From a candidate division WOR-3 bacterium (GTDB lineage: Bacteria; Hydrothermota; Tepidihabitantia; Tepidihabitantales; Tepidihabitantaceae): a stretch of DNA of 24,097 nt. Below, in pieces: positions 7,446 through 16,671 of this stretch (positions are counted from its first letter, which is position 1; every line of letters begins with the position of its first letter). Below the pieces are notes generated by a model, which did no database searches, was not told the origin of the DNA, and saw only the letters and a program-made list of their open reading frames with translations. The stretch is from contig JBDRUH010000020.1 in assembly GCA_039801225.1 (NCBI GenBank), forward strand, positions 1-24,097, written 5' to 3'. A program made the position numbers and the translations under genes.

Positions 7446-8582
7446 CTACATCTCATCAATTTTTTCCAGGAGTCTTTTAGCTATTTTCTGGGCATCAAAT
7501 TCGTGGAGAACCCGTCTCCGTCCCTGCTGTCCCAATCTAAAGCGCAATTCCTTATTCTCAATTAGTGTGATAAGAGCCTTTTCTAACTCCGCCAAATCAC
7601 CCGGAGGAACGAGCAAACCGGTCTCACCGTTTATAACTGCATCGGTTACGCCTCCTGAAGCAAAGCCAATTACCGGCAGCCCGAAGTAATTTGCCTCAAG
7701 ATAAACGATGCCAAAACCTTCGGTGCTCTTTGCATCAGTCATACTGGGCATAACAAATATATCAGCATTTTCATAAACCTTTGCGAGGTCTTTATCCGGG
7801 ACGAAGCCTAAAAAATCTACCAGATCCTTTACTCCCAGTTCACCGGCTCGCTGTTCAAGGATTGGGCGCATTTCGCCATTACCGGCAATAAGATACTTAA
7901 GGTGAGGGAAACGTGTTCGAAGTCGGGATAAAACTTCAATAACAAAAATATGACCTTTGCGCCGGTGCAGTCTGCCGACAGTGACCAAAACCAACTCTTT
8001 TCGTTCTTCCCGTTGCCAAGGAAATTTGCCGTTTACCGCGAGGCGCGAGAAATTCAAGCCTGGGTTTATAAGATAAATTCGGTTTTCTGGGATTCCCCAT
8101 TTTTGGCACTCAGTAGCGGTGTGATTGCTAATGGGTAAAGCAAGGGAGCAGGTAGTTGAAACCCGGCGGAAGAGGGGGTTGCTTCCGAACTCCAGGAATT
8201 CCCCGCCATATAGCATCTGAGCATATTTCCAGCGCCATTGAGGGAATAAAGCCATCAATCCGACCCAGAGATGCCCGAAGATTACTTTGGCATTTTTCGG
8301 GGCAATACGGCGAAAATCACGGTAAAGGGCAAGAATCTCTTTTATCCTGTCAATTTTAGAACTACCTGAAGGAGTGGTAACCCTTACAACGCGATAGTCA
8401 ATCCTCTCATCAAACTCGTTGCAGTCCGGCAATTTAGGTGCCACCACTGTTAGTCTTTCTGCCGGAAGAAATTGACATATATCGGCAAGGTGTCGGGAAA
8501 TGCCACCAGAGTACGGAGGAAAATCATGGGTGATTACTATTATAGGGGAATTACAACCCGTCGATTTAGTTCTCTTGAGCAT
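7446..8582 (-). CDS. GT4 glycosyltransferase
   Basis: THDFPPYSGGI, TVGRLHRRKGH and EGFGIVYLEANYFGLPVIG motifs. Confidence 0.9.
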   Translation of the reverse strand: MLKRTKSTGCNSPIIVITHDFPPYSGGISRHLADICQFLPAERLTVVAPKLPDCNEFDERIDYRVVRVTTPSGSSKIDRIKEILALYRDFRRIAPKNAKVIFGHLWVGLMALFPQWRWKYAQMLYGGEFLEFGSNPLFRRVSTTCSLALPISNHTATECQKWGIPENRIYLINPGLNFSRLAVNGKFPWQREERKELVLVTVGRLHRRKGHIFVIEVLSRLRTRFPHLKYLIAGNGEMRPILEQRAGELGVKDLVDFLGFVPDKDLAKVYENADIFVMPSMTDAKSTEGFGIVYLEANYFGLPVIGFASGGVTDAVINGETGLLVPPGDLAELEKALITLIENKELRFRLGQQGRRRVLHEFDAQKIAKRLLEKIDEM

Positions 8583-9600
8583 CTTTGAAATCTTCTCTTA
8601 TATAAGACCTTCTAATTACCGGTCCATTTGACATAGGTATCCGGGTTTTAATTGAGCGCCTTATCCGCCACAGCCAATCAATTATTCCAGGAGGCACATA
8701 TGCCACCGGTAAGAGAAGAAGGAGTAAGTAGCCTTTTAAACGATGTCCCTTGACACTTCGGAAATCAGCGGCGATCTGCATTGCCGCTTTTTTGTTACCG
8801 GCAAGTATATTTGTTATATAGGCATTTCGGTGTAATTTCATAACATAATGCACAATCTCTTTGCGGACATTATTCCAGCCCCCTTTTTCTCTTACGAGAC
8901 CACAAAGGCTTTTGAAAAATGGTGGTATTCCCATCCAGATATATTTACCGGTGGCAACATGATTTTCGCCGTCAGTATGGATTAAGGCAGTTGGTATTGA
9001 AGACCAGGCAATCGGATAATGAAATGCCAGACGCAGCCAGGTGTCACCATCTTGACTTTTCGCTATGCCCTCCGGAAAACCTCCAATAGATAATAATACA
9101 TCCTTCTTAATTACAATTGTGTTGGTGCAAAATGGTAAGTATAGTGGTTTTGACCCCTGAAATATATCAATGATCGCGGAGTTGCTGTCGCCTTTGATTA
9201 TTTTCATATTATTAACATTGACAGGTCCGCTGAGCCGATTGCCGACAATTCTCACCCACGCCGTGCTCCAGGCACCGGCGTCCGGGTGTGCTTGTCTCAA
9301 TCTCATAATTGTTTCTAAATGGTGGGGCAACCATTCATCATCCGCATCAAGGAAAGCAATAAGGTCTCCTTTTGCTTCTGCTACCCCACGGTTGCGGGCG
9401 ACAGCGGCACCTTTATTCTCTTGATTGATTAACCGGATTCTCGGGTCGGCGTATTGCGCAACAATTTTTTCCGAGCCATCGGTAGAACCATCATTGACCA
9501 CAATCACCTCAAAATCCTGATAGGTCTGCGCCAGCACAGAATCCAGTGTCCGTTTGATATGTTGGACTTTATTATATAAAGGAATGACAATAGAGATCAT
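8566..9600 (-). CDS. GT2 glycosyltransferase
   Basis: ISIVIPLYNK, VNDGSTD, ARNRG and FLDADD motifs. Confidence 0.92.
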   Translation of the reverse strand: MISIVIPLYNKVQHIKRTLDSVLAQTYQDFEVIVVNDGSTDGSEKIVAQYADPRIRLINQENKGAAVARNRGVAEAKGDLIAFLDADDEWLPHHLETIMRLRQAHPDAGAWSTAWVRIVGNRLSGPVNVNNMKIIKGDSNSAIIDIFQGSKPLYLPFCTNTIVIKKDVLLSIGGFPEGIAKSQDGDTWLRLAFHYPIAWSSIPTALIHTDGENHVATGKYIWMGIPPFFKSLCGLVREKGGWNNVRKEIVHYVMKLHRNAYITNILAGNKKAAMQIAADFRSVKGHRLKGYLLLLLLPVAYVPPGIIDWLWRIRRSIKTRIPMSNGPVIRRSYIREDFKDAQEN

Positions 9601-10723
9601 ACAATTTTCTCAGCCTTTGATAAAGCCCCCAGGGTATGATTAAAAGTATCCGCTTTATAATATCTCTAATCTCAACCCGCAATAAAAAAGCAATAATCGG
9701 TTTGATTTTTCCCCTTTTTAAACCGAGCAAGATCAGCCTTTGTTTGAAACTCAATTTGATTCCTATTGCCTCCAATTTTTGGGCGCAGAACTCAGCGAGT
9801 GCCAAATCGTTGGCTCTGAACGCCAGTTCAATGAGGAGGGTGCAGTGCCTTTTGTGGACGATACGCTCAACTGATTTCGGACAATGGTATTTTTTTACAT
9901 AATGCATAAATAGTTCATAGCCCGATTTTGTAAATTCTATTTTGCGAACGATGTCTTTAGTATTATATTTGGATTCCGACAGTATATTATGAACCGCTAA
10001 TGGCTCATTTATCTTTTTAAATTCTGTTAGCCTTGATGCCTCCAGCCACAACTGGGTATCCACACTTAAGAAGCCCATACCGAAATCTCTTTTATTGTCG
10101 TTTAAGATAGAAAAATACAAATCTTTTCTCATACACACCGTGCAGGTAAGGGGATGTTTGACTTCATTAACTATTAATTTCGTAAACAGGTCTTTATATT
10201 CACTTGCTTGCCGTTTTGCCGGAAACCACCTGATGAAATTTTTAGTTGCTGTATCGTAGGAGTAATAGTCGCCGTAAACCAAACCTATCTTTGGGTTTGA
10301 TTCCATTATTTCTATCTGGATTTGCAATTTCTTGGGATGAATCCAGTAATCATCGCCTTCACAAAAAGCCACATATTTTCCCCGCAAAAGTTTATTAACC
10401 ACCTGGAAATTTAGTAATCCACCGGTATTTTTTTTCCAGAGGACGACTCTTATAATATCCGGGCGTTTTTGCTGATAATTTAGGACAATTTCACGAGTTC
10501 GGTCGGTAGAGCAGTCTTCACCGATAATAAGTTCTATGGGAAAATTTGTTTCCTGCATCAGAACCCCTTCAATCGCTCTGGTGATATAGGGTTCGTGATT
10601 ATAGGTCAACATATGAATGCTGACAAGGGGCTGGACAGCCATAACTGCCGGGTCGCTTATTTCCTGATATGAAATTTCCTCGGTTTCGGTATTGGTTATT
10701 ATTCCATCTAAAGGAGAAATCAT
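9572..10723 (-). CDS. GT2 glycosyltransferase
   Basis: LVSIHMLTYNHE, IGEDCSTD and AFCEGDDYW..KLQIQ motifs. Confidence 0.9.
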   Translation of the reverse strand: MISPLDGIITNTETEEISYQEISDPAVMAVQPLVSIHMLTYNHEPYITRAIEGVLMQETNFPIELIIGEDCSTDRTREIVLNYQQKRPDIIRVVLWKKNTGGLLNFQVVNKLLRGKYVAFCEGDDYWIHPKKLQIQIEIMESNPKIGLVYGDYYSYDTATKNFIRWFPAKRQASEYKDLFTKLIVNEVKHPLTCTVCMRKDLYFSILNDNKRDFGMGFLSVDTQLWLEASRLTEFKKINEPLAVHNILSESKYNTKDIVRKIEFTKSGYELFMHYVKKYHCPKSVERIVHKRHCTLLIELAFRANDLALAEFCAQKLEAIGIKLSFKQRLILLGLKRGKIKPIIAFLLRVEIRDIIKRILLIIPWGLYQRLRKLYDLYCHSFI

Positions 10724-10724
10724 T

Positions 10725-12194
10725 TTAACCAGCCTTGCTGTTCAATCTGATGTTTCGTAAAACTGGTAACATTCTGTTGCGAAGATTAACGAAAGGGGAG
10801 ATTTTAAAAATCCAGCACAATGTAATCCAGAGGCTGATGCCGATAACAATCTGCAATGACAAAATGAGGATTTGGCTGTTAATTGGCAGTAATGTTAATA
10901 GAAAAAGGATTGCGCCCATCAATAAACTCAAACCGAGGGCAGGAATAAGGTCAATGACCTGTTCGGTTATAGGGTATTTGAGCATCTTTCCAGTATAATA
11001 GGTATTAAGATAATATGCTATTAATGATGTTGCTATCTGACCGTATATCATTGCAATTATCCCCCAGCGATAGGTTACAAAAATGGCAACCGTTACTAAA
11101 GCCTTTTTGATAATCTCCAGCCAGAAAAAAAGGTCAGACCTGCCTTGTGCCTTCAACACATTGAGATTAATCGCCTGAAGCGGATAGAGCATGCCGACGA
11201 TGCAGAGGAGTTGTAGATATGGCACAGCGGGAAGCCATTTGTCGGTTAAAAGGACTCGCACTAACGGGCGGGCGCAGACCGCAAGACCTATCATCAGGGC
11301 AAAGTTCACTATTGCCATATTCTTTAATGCCTCTTTCAATCCTCTTTTCAATCGCTCCTTATCATCCTGAATAGAAGAAAACACTGGAAATGTAACCCGC
11401 CCAACCGAACTGGTAACATTGTCAACTGGTAATTGCTGAATGCTTCTTGCACGGGAGTAAAATCCCAGGTCTCTGGCGGAAAAGAACTTGCCGATAACTA
11501 GGAGGTAAAGGTTATTGTAAATGGTATCAAGTAAGCCGGAAAAGAGTAACTTGGAACCGTAGGAAAACATACTGCGTAAAGACTTGAGACTGATAGCGCG
11601 GATTGGACGCCATTTATGAACGAACCACAACATAACCGTGCGTAACAGACTGTTACATAAACTCTGAATTACCAGTGCCCAAACTCCAAGACCAAGATAA
11701 GCCAGCAAAATTCCAACTACGCCAGAACCGGCAACCGCTACCATACTCACCTTCATCTGTTTTTTGAAATCAACCCTCTTGGTCATCAGGGAAGTTTGAA
11801 TCAGTCCAAAGGCGTTGATAATCAAGGTCAACGAAAGAACCCGGGTAACCGGTGTAAGGATTGGCATTTTATAGAATGCAGCAATCAAAGGAGCGGCAAG
11901 GGACAATATAACGGCAACAAGAACCCCAATGGCAATGTTAAAATAGAATACTGATGATTCGTCAACCGGTGTGGCGTTCTGTTTCTGAATCAGTGCCTGA
12001 CCGAATCCGCTGTCAATAAATGACTGGGCTACCGCCATAAATATTGCCAGCATCGCAATTACCCCAAACTGCTCGGGCAATAAGAGGCGCGCAAGGACAA
12101 TCTGAATGACGAACTGAATCGCCTGCTGTCCAATCCGCTCGCTGAAACTCCAGAAAATACCGGAGAGGGCTTTATCTTTTAAACTACCGCTCAT
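10725..12194 (-). CDS. wzx: WzxC-like MOP flippase
   Basis: VLARLLLPEQFG, DSGFGQALIQ, LGFYSRA and many transmembrane helices; 489 aa. Confidence 0.9.
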   Translation of the reverse strand: MSGSLKDKALSGIFWSFSERIGQQAIQFVIQIVLARLLLPEQFGVIAMLAIFMAVAQSFIDSGFGQALIQKQNATPVDESSVFYFNIAIGVLVAVILSLAAPLIAAFYKMPILTPVTRVLSLTLIINAFGLIQTSLMTKRVDFKKQMKVSMVAVAGSGVVGILLAYLGLGVWALVIQSLCNSLLRTVMLWFVHKWRPIRAISLKSLRSMFSYGSKLLFSGLLDTIYNNLYLLVIGKFFSARDLGFYSRARSIQQLPVDNVTSSVGRVTFPVFSSIQDDKERLKRGLKEALKNMAIVNFALMIGLAVCARPLVRVLLTDKWLPAVPYLQLLCIVGMLYPLQAINLNVLKAQGRSDLFFWLEIIKKALVTVAIFVTYRWGIIAMIYGQIATSLIAYYLNTYYTGKMLKYPITEQVIDLIPALGLSLLMGAILFLLTLLPINSQILILSLQIVIGISLWITLCWIFKISPFVNLRNRMLPVLRNIRLNSKAG

Positions 12195-12197
12195 CTC

Positions 12198-12755
12198 TTA
12201 AATGACCGTATTGGGATTGTTATAAACCATTGATACCCAGTATGCGCCGTCAACCAATTCAGGATTAGGAGTGACGCCATTATCTTTTACAAAACCTACC
12301 TTCGTATACAGAGCAATTGCACCCAAATTGTCACTTCTCACTTTCAATCTGATCTTCTTTAATCCTAAAACATTAAAAGCATAAGATAGCAATAATTTCG
12401 TTGCCGCGGTTCCAATTCCCAACCGCCAATATGATTTTTCCCCGATAAAAATGTGATATTCTCCTTCACCGTTCTGGATATTAGTCAACTGAATGTTCCC
12501 AATATAGTGAGTTCCGTCTTTATCCCCAACGCAAATAGCGAATCTATATGATGATTTATCAGTAAGAACTTTTTTAATCCACTCCGTTTCTATCTCTGGT
12601 GTAATGACTTGGTCTGGTCTATTGCCGGTGTATTTCCAAACCTCAGGGTCATTTCGCCACCTATATGAAGTCAGGGCATCTTCCACCTTAAGCGGCCGGA
12701 TAACCACAGTAAGGTCGTTTACTTGTATTGATAGTTCTATAGGTTCTTTTTCCAT
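12198..12755 (-). CDS. RimJ/PseH-like GNAT N-acetyltransferase
   Basis: WRNDPEV, FIGEKSYWRLGIG and NLGAIALYTKVGF motifs. Confidence 0.85.
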   Translation of the reverse strand: MEKEPIELSIQVNDLTVVIRPLKVEDALTSYRWRNDPEVWKYTGNRPDQVITPEIETEWIKKVLTDKSSYRFAICVGDKDGTHYIGNIQLTNIQNGEGEYHIFIGEKSYWRLGIGTAATKLLLSYAFNVLGLKKIRLKVRSDNLGAIALYTKVGFVKDNGVTPNPELVDGAYWVSMVYNNPNTVI

Positions 12756-12780
12756 AAATCTTTTTGTCGCCGGCTACTAT

Positions 12781-13746
12781 TTATCTTTTACTTTTGACAT
12801 ATTTTTCCACCGCTTTGGTTATGGGTATTAATTCCTTAATTCCATATCTTTGGTCAATGGGGAGCGGAACAATATTCATTGCGTAATTGTATTCAACATT
12901 ATCTTTATCACACCACTCCAAGACATTAGGCCAATATCTTGCAACATATATTTTATTGTTAATAAGATACTCTCGCAAATTTGGCTTAGATGTTAGAAAT
13001 GGATAGACCATCGGAATGCTATCTGGTAATAAATCAAACTTCAATTTGTTATATTTTCCCAAGACCTCGTGTAATATTGAGTAATTTTGCCGCCTTATTT
13101 TTGCCGCTTTTCTGTAATTAATACTCTGCAGAAGTTTTTGAGTTAAGTTAGACATTTGCATAATTGGTAGTTTATTTAAGGATTTCTCATTTGCGTGGAA
13201 ATCAGAGAACCCGGATTCAGGGCTCTCGTCTATTCTCCTTAATAGATGGCAACAGCGCTGATACGACCGGTCTCTTTTCAAATTTGTCTTCAGAGTTACT
13301 TTTGTATAAAGATAGGCGCCATCAGGCACTCCAAAAAATTTACGCGGTGAATAGAAGGTATCAATTCCTTTAATAGGTTTGGAATAAAACGCCTGGGCAT
13401 TGTCAACTATTAGATTTTTACATTTCTTTGCGATTTTCCTCACCGCTTTGTCCATCAGTCCAAAATAATTTGTATACAAAAATCCATCTTTATCACTTAT
13501 CAAACTAAAATCAAACATCGGCGTGAAGTCTTCGTCTATCTTGTAAAATTCATATTCTATGCCCAATCGTTTTATTGGGTGTAACATAACCTCGCAGGTA
13601 TAATAAGGTAAATATACTTTCCTAAACTTCCGCACCCTCAGAATATACTCAAATGCACACCTTCCTAAATTGAGACGGATGGCATTTTGATGGTATTCCT
13701 TCTTTATCTCTAATTCCAGTTCAAAATAGCCGCCGATTGAATTCAT
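12781..13746 (-). CDS. Divergent DegT/DnrJ-fold PLP-dependent protein
   Basis: IGGYFELEL N-terminus, LPYYTC, NYFG, VDNAQAF (PLP Asp), SPRKFFGVPDG (candidate PLP Lys) and LPIDQRY. Confidence 0.7.
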   Translation of the reverse strand: MNSIGGYFELELEIKKEYHQNAIRLNLGRCAFEYILRVRKFRKVYLPYYTCEVMLHPIKRLGIEYEFYKIDEDFTPMFDFSLISDKDGFLYTNYFGLMDKAVRKIAKKCKNLIVDNAQAFYSKPIKGIDTFYSPRKFFGVPDGAYLYTKVTLKTNLKRDRSYQRCCHLLRRIDESPESGFSDFHANEKSLNKLPIMQMSNLTQKLLQSINYRKAAKIRRQNYSILHEVLGKYNKLKFDLLPDSIPMVYPFLTSKPNLREYLINNKIYVARYWPNVLEWCDKDNVEYNYAMNIVPLPIDQRYGIKELIPITKAVEKYVKSKR

Positions 13747-14447
13747 AGCAGTTCATAATTATCAAGCATCTCTCTAACCTCATTCACCGAATTAAACATC
13801 AATACATCAATAATAGAAAGCCACGGGACAAACTCGTTACCTGCTTGCTCGTAACTGATAGGCTTGGACTTAATAAAAAAAAGATTAACTCCATATTCAG
13901 CAAAAACCTTTTTGTCATATAACTCCATTCCCCCAGGTAAATTAATGTAGGTATCAGCGCCCTCTTTTTTACAGATATCAAGAATTCGCTCCTGGGCAGG
14001 TAGATGGTTGTTTTCGTAAATTGTTGAAGAGTCAACAAATGGTGTGTTCAAGTTAATATATTGGCACACCGATTTTATGCTGTTAAGTGCCAAGAGGCTA
14101 ATCAACCTATCTTCCGATTCTAAAACTTGCCTTACTAATTCATAAACAGCATCAAAGAAAGGCGCTTTTCCGTATGACTGTTTTAGCTGTTTCATAAACT
14201 TCGTTTTAAAAAATTTATACAAATCTCGGTGAATGTAGGTATCTTTTATAAGGATATTGGGGCTGGAATGCGCCAATGGTATCGTAAACATATAATCTCT
14301 GCCATCCAGCAGAATGCGATTGCGATTTATCCAGCCGTATTTTCGGAATTTCCCATCGTCGTAAATCACGAACTTGTCGACAGCGCGAATTAGTTGAAAA
14401 TAGCCAATGTAAGGAAAGAAATAAGGTTGCATTATGCCGAGTTTCAT
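13743..14447 (-). CDS. wbqC: WbqC-family protein (putative glycyltransferase)
   Basis: MQPYFFPYIGYFQLI, WINRNRI, YGKAPFF, YINLPGG and LSIIDVLMFN are hallmark WbqC motifs. Confidence 0.85.
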   Translation of the reverse strand: MKLGIMQPYFFPYIGYFQLIRAVDKFVIYDDGKFRKYGWINRNRILLDGRDYMFTIPLAHSSPNILIKDTYIHRDLYKFFKTKFMKQLKQSYGKAPFFDAVYELVRQVLESEDRLISLLALNSIKSVCQYINLNTPFVDSSTIYENNHLPAQERILDICKKEGADTYINLPGGMELYDKKVFAEYGVNLFFIKSKPISYEQAGNEFVPWLSIIDVLMFNSVNEVREMLDNYELL

Positions 14448-14450
14448 AAA

Positions 14451-15590
14451 TTATCTGTTTTTAATACTTGAAATGATATCGCAAATTTTGTGGACATAAT
14501 CGGTGGGCAGGTTGTAATATGTCGGTAAGCAGAGGATTCTTTCTGCCACTTTTTTCGCCACGCTCAATGAGTCGTTGGTAAAAATATGCTTATAACAGGC
14601 AAAGTCGGTAATCAGCGGGTAGAAGTATCGGCGGGTGAAGATGTTGTATTTTTTCAGTTCGGCATAAAGTTGGTCCCGGCTCATTCCGAACTCCTTCTCA
14701 TCAACCTCAATCGGCATATAACCATAATTATACCGCACATTTTCCGGCAAAGGCGGGGGAAACTTTATGCCCGGTACATCAGCAAGCCTTTCTCTATAGA
14801 GAGTCTCTATCTGGCGCCCCTTTTCAATCAGTTCATCAATATGTTTCAGGACAAGAAGTCCCATTAATGCCTGAAATTCGTTCATTTTGGCATTGGTTCC
14901 GGGCATAACAACCTCGGTTTCGCCGGCAAAACCGAAGTTTTTTAGATAATTAAATATCTGTTTGTATCCGGCATCTGGAAATACTAAGGCACCACCCTCA
15001 ATTGAATGGTAGAGTTTGGTGGCGTGAAAACTGAACATACTCATATCACCCCAATGGGCTATCGGTTTGCCATTAACCTCAACACCAAAGGCATGAGCGG
15101 CGTCATAGAGCAGTTTGAGGTTGTGGCGCCGGGCAATCTCTTCAAGTTCCCTGTGCCGGCAGGGATAGCCGTAGACATGGACAGCAAGGATTGCCGAAGT
15201 CCAGGGCGTAATTGCGTCTTCAACCTTTTCCGGGTCAAGCGTGTAATGGTCAGGCTCAATGTCAACAAAGACCGGTCTGATTTTATTCCAGTAAAGGGCA
15301 TGCGTTGTCGCAACAAAGGTGAAGGGCGTGGTTATCACCTCACCAGTTATACCCATCCCCTGAAGCCCGATTTGCAGTGCCAGGGTGCCGTTAACAAAAA
15401 GGCAAACATTTTCGGTCTGAAAGAGCCGGCAGAGTTCCTCCTCAAAACGTTTGTGCACCGGACCCATATTGGTTAGCCACTGATTCTCCCAGATTTCCTT
15501 TAATCCGGCACAGTATTCTTCAAGGGGTGGCAGATAGGGACGGGTGACAAAGATGGGTTCAGGGGGTGGCGTTATTGGTTTATGGTTCAT
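14451..15590 (-). CDS. vioA: DegT-family sugar aminotransferase, VioA-like
   Basis: FVTRPYLPPLEEY..WLTNMGP, YDAAHAFG, SFHATK, EGGAL, NAKMNEFQA and RRYFYP motifs. Confidence 0.8.
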   Translation of the reverse strand: MNHKPITPPPEPIFVTRPYLPPLEEYCAGLKEIWENQWLTNMGPVHKRFEEELCRLFQTENVCLFVNGTLALQIGLQGMGITGEVITTPFTFVATTHALYWNKIRPVFVDIEPDHYTLDPEKVEDAITPWTSAILAVHVYGYPCRHRELEEIARRHNLKLLYDAAHAFGVEVNGKPIAHWGDMSMFSFHATKLYHSIEGGALVFPDAGYKQIFNYLKNFGFAGETEVVMPGTNAKMNEFQALMGLLVLKHIDELIEKGRQIETLYRERLADVPGIKFPPPLPENVRYNYGYMPIEVDEKEFGMSRDQLYAELKKYNIFTRRYFYPLITDFACYKHIFTNDSLSVAKKVAERILCLPTYYNLPTDYVHKICDIISSIKNR

Positions 15591-15599
15591 AGTTTTAAA

Positions 15600-16523
15600 T
15601 CACCACAGTTTACCAAATAGCCAATCAAACTCTTTTGGAGTGAACCTGCCGAGAGCACCTTCTGGATTGAGGGTAATTTCACTAAATATGATTTTATCCG
15701 GTGCGGGATTGTAGAGGTCTACTCTACAGAAGTCAATTCCCGAACTGAGTTTTTCAGCAATTACAATCATATCATTAAAATTATAAGGTTTAGAAATTGA
15801 TTTTCCAAGTGGACGCGGGAAAGCATACCTAATCCCGGTATCTTTCCATTCTTTGTCGTAAATAATTCTTGTGTGTCTGGTGAATCTATCAAAGTCAACT
15901 TGAATATAGTGAACAACTCCATGGAAGCAGAAGAACTTATAGTCTAAGGGAAATCCATAATTTTTATCTTCTATATACCTTTCAACCATAATCAGCGGGG
16001 GGATATCATCATAATGCAACTCGTAGTTCCGGCGCCATTTGCCGTACTTAAGGTTTAACAGTTTTTGGCAATTTTTTATTGTTTTCTCCCTGTCCAATAG
16101 TTTCTTATCAGGTACGAAGATATTCAACCCGCACCCATGATTTGCTTTGATGACAAATTTATCGGGTAGGTCATCAAAAGGTATTGTCTCGGGTTGGTCG
16201 GTAACATAGTAAACCTCGTTTAAAATATAGGCAAATCCACATTCTGTAACATACTTCCGTACTCGCCATTTATCAGCAAGAAGCGGAGCAAGAGGATGAG
16301 GCACGAATAATTGTCGGTGGGCAATTTTCTCATTGAAGGTTTGGGGGTTGCGAATGTTGGGCCAGTATCCTACACGGAGCCACATCCGCAGTGATTTATA
16401 AGTTTCTGGGGGCAAAATAGGATATAATTTAATTACAAACTTATCTAAAATATATCTCGCTAAATGTCCTGGACCCTGAGACTGCCAATGTTCCACAAGC
16501 CGCTGGAATTTTCTCTTGAGCAA
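15600..16523 (-). CDS. TupA-like ATP-grasp amidoligase
   Basis: NPQTFNEKI, ADKWRVRKYV, FVIKANHGCG, DYKFFCFHG, RVDLY and FSEITLNP; TTG start with AAGGAG SD. Confidence 0.88.
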   Translation of the reverse strand: MLKRKFQRLVEHWQSQGPGHLARYILDKFVIKLYPILPPETYKSLRMWLRVGYWPNIRNPQTFNEKIAHRQLFVPHPLAPLLADKWRVRKYVTECGFAYILNEVYYVTDQPETIPFDDLPDKFVIKANHGCGLNIFVPDKKLLDREKTIKNCQKLLNLKYGKWRRNYELHYDDIPPLIMVERYIEDKNYGFPLDYKFFCFHGVVHYIQVDFDRFTRHTRIIYDKEWKDTGIRYAFPRPLGKSISKPYNFNDMIVIAEKLSSGIDFCRVDLYNPAPDKIIFSEITLNPEGALGRFTPKEFDWLFGKLW

Positions 16524-16671
16524 ATCTCTACTCCTTTAATTAACTCTTTAGGAAGGCAATTTCTTCCTGCCAGGAAACAGGGTGACTTCCACCGAGGCGC
16601 TCTTTAAAAGCTTGACCGACGGGAGGTAGTCATAGCATCTATCGGAGTTGGGACGGTCAAATAGAAAGGGA

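Noticed and set aside
10428..13882. T8 (10428-10435) and A8 (13875-13882) homopolymers as phase-variation switches
   Set aside because: Runs of this length are expected in AT-rich genes and both frames are intact.
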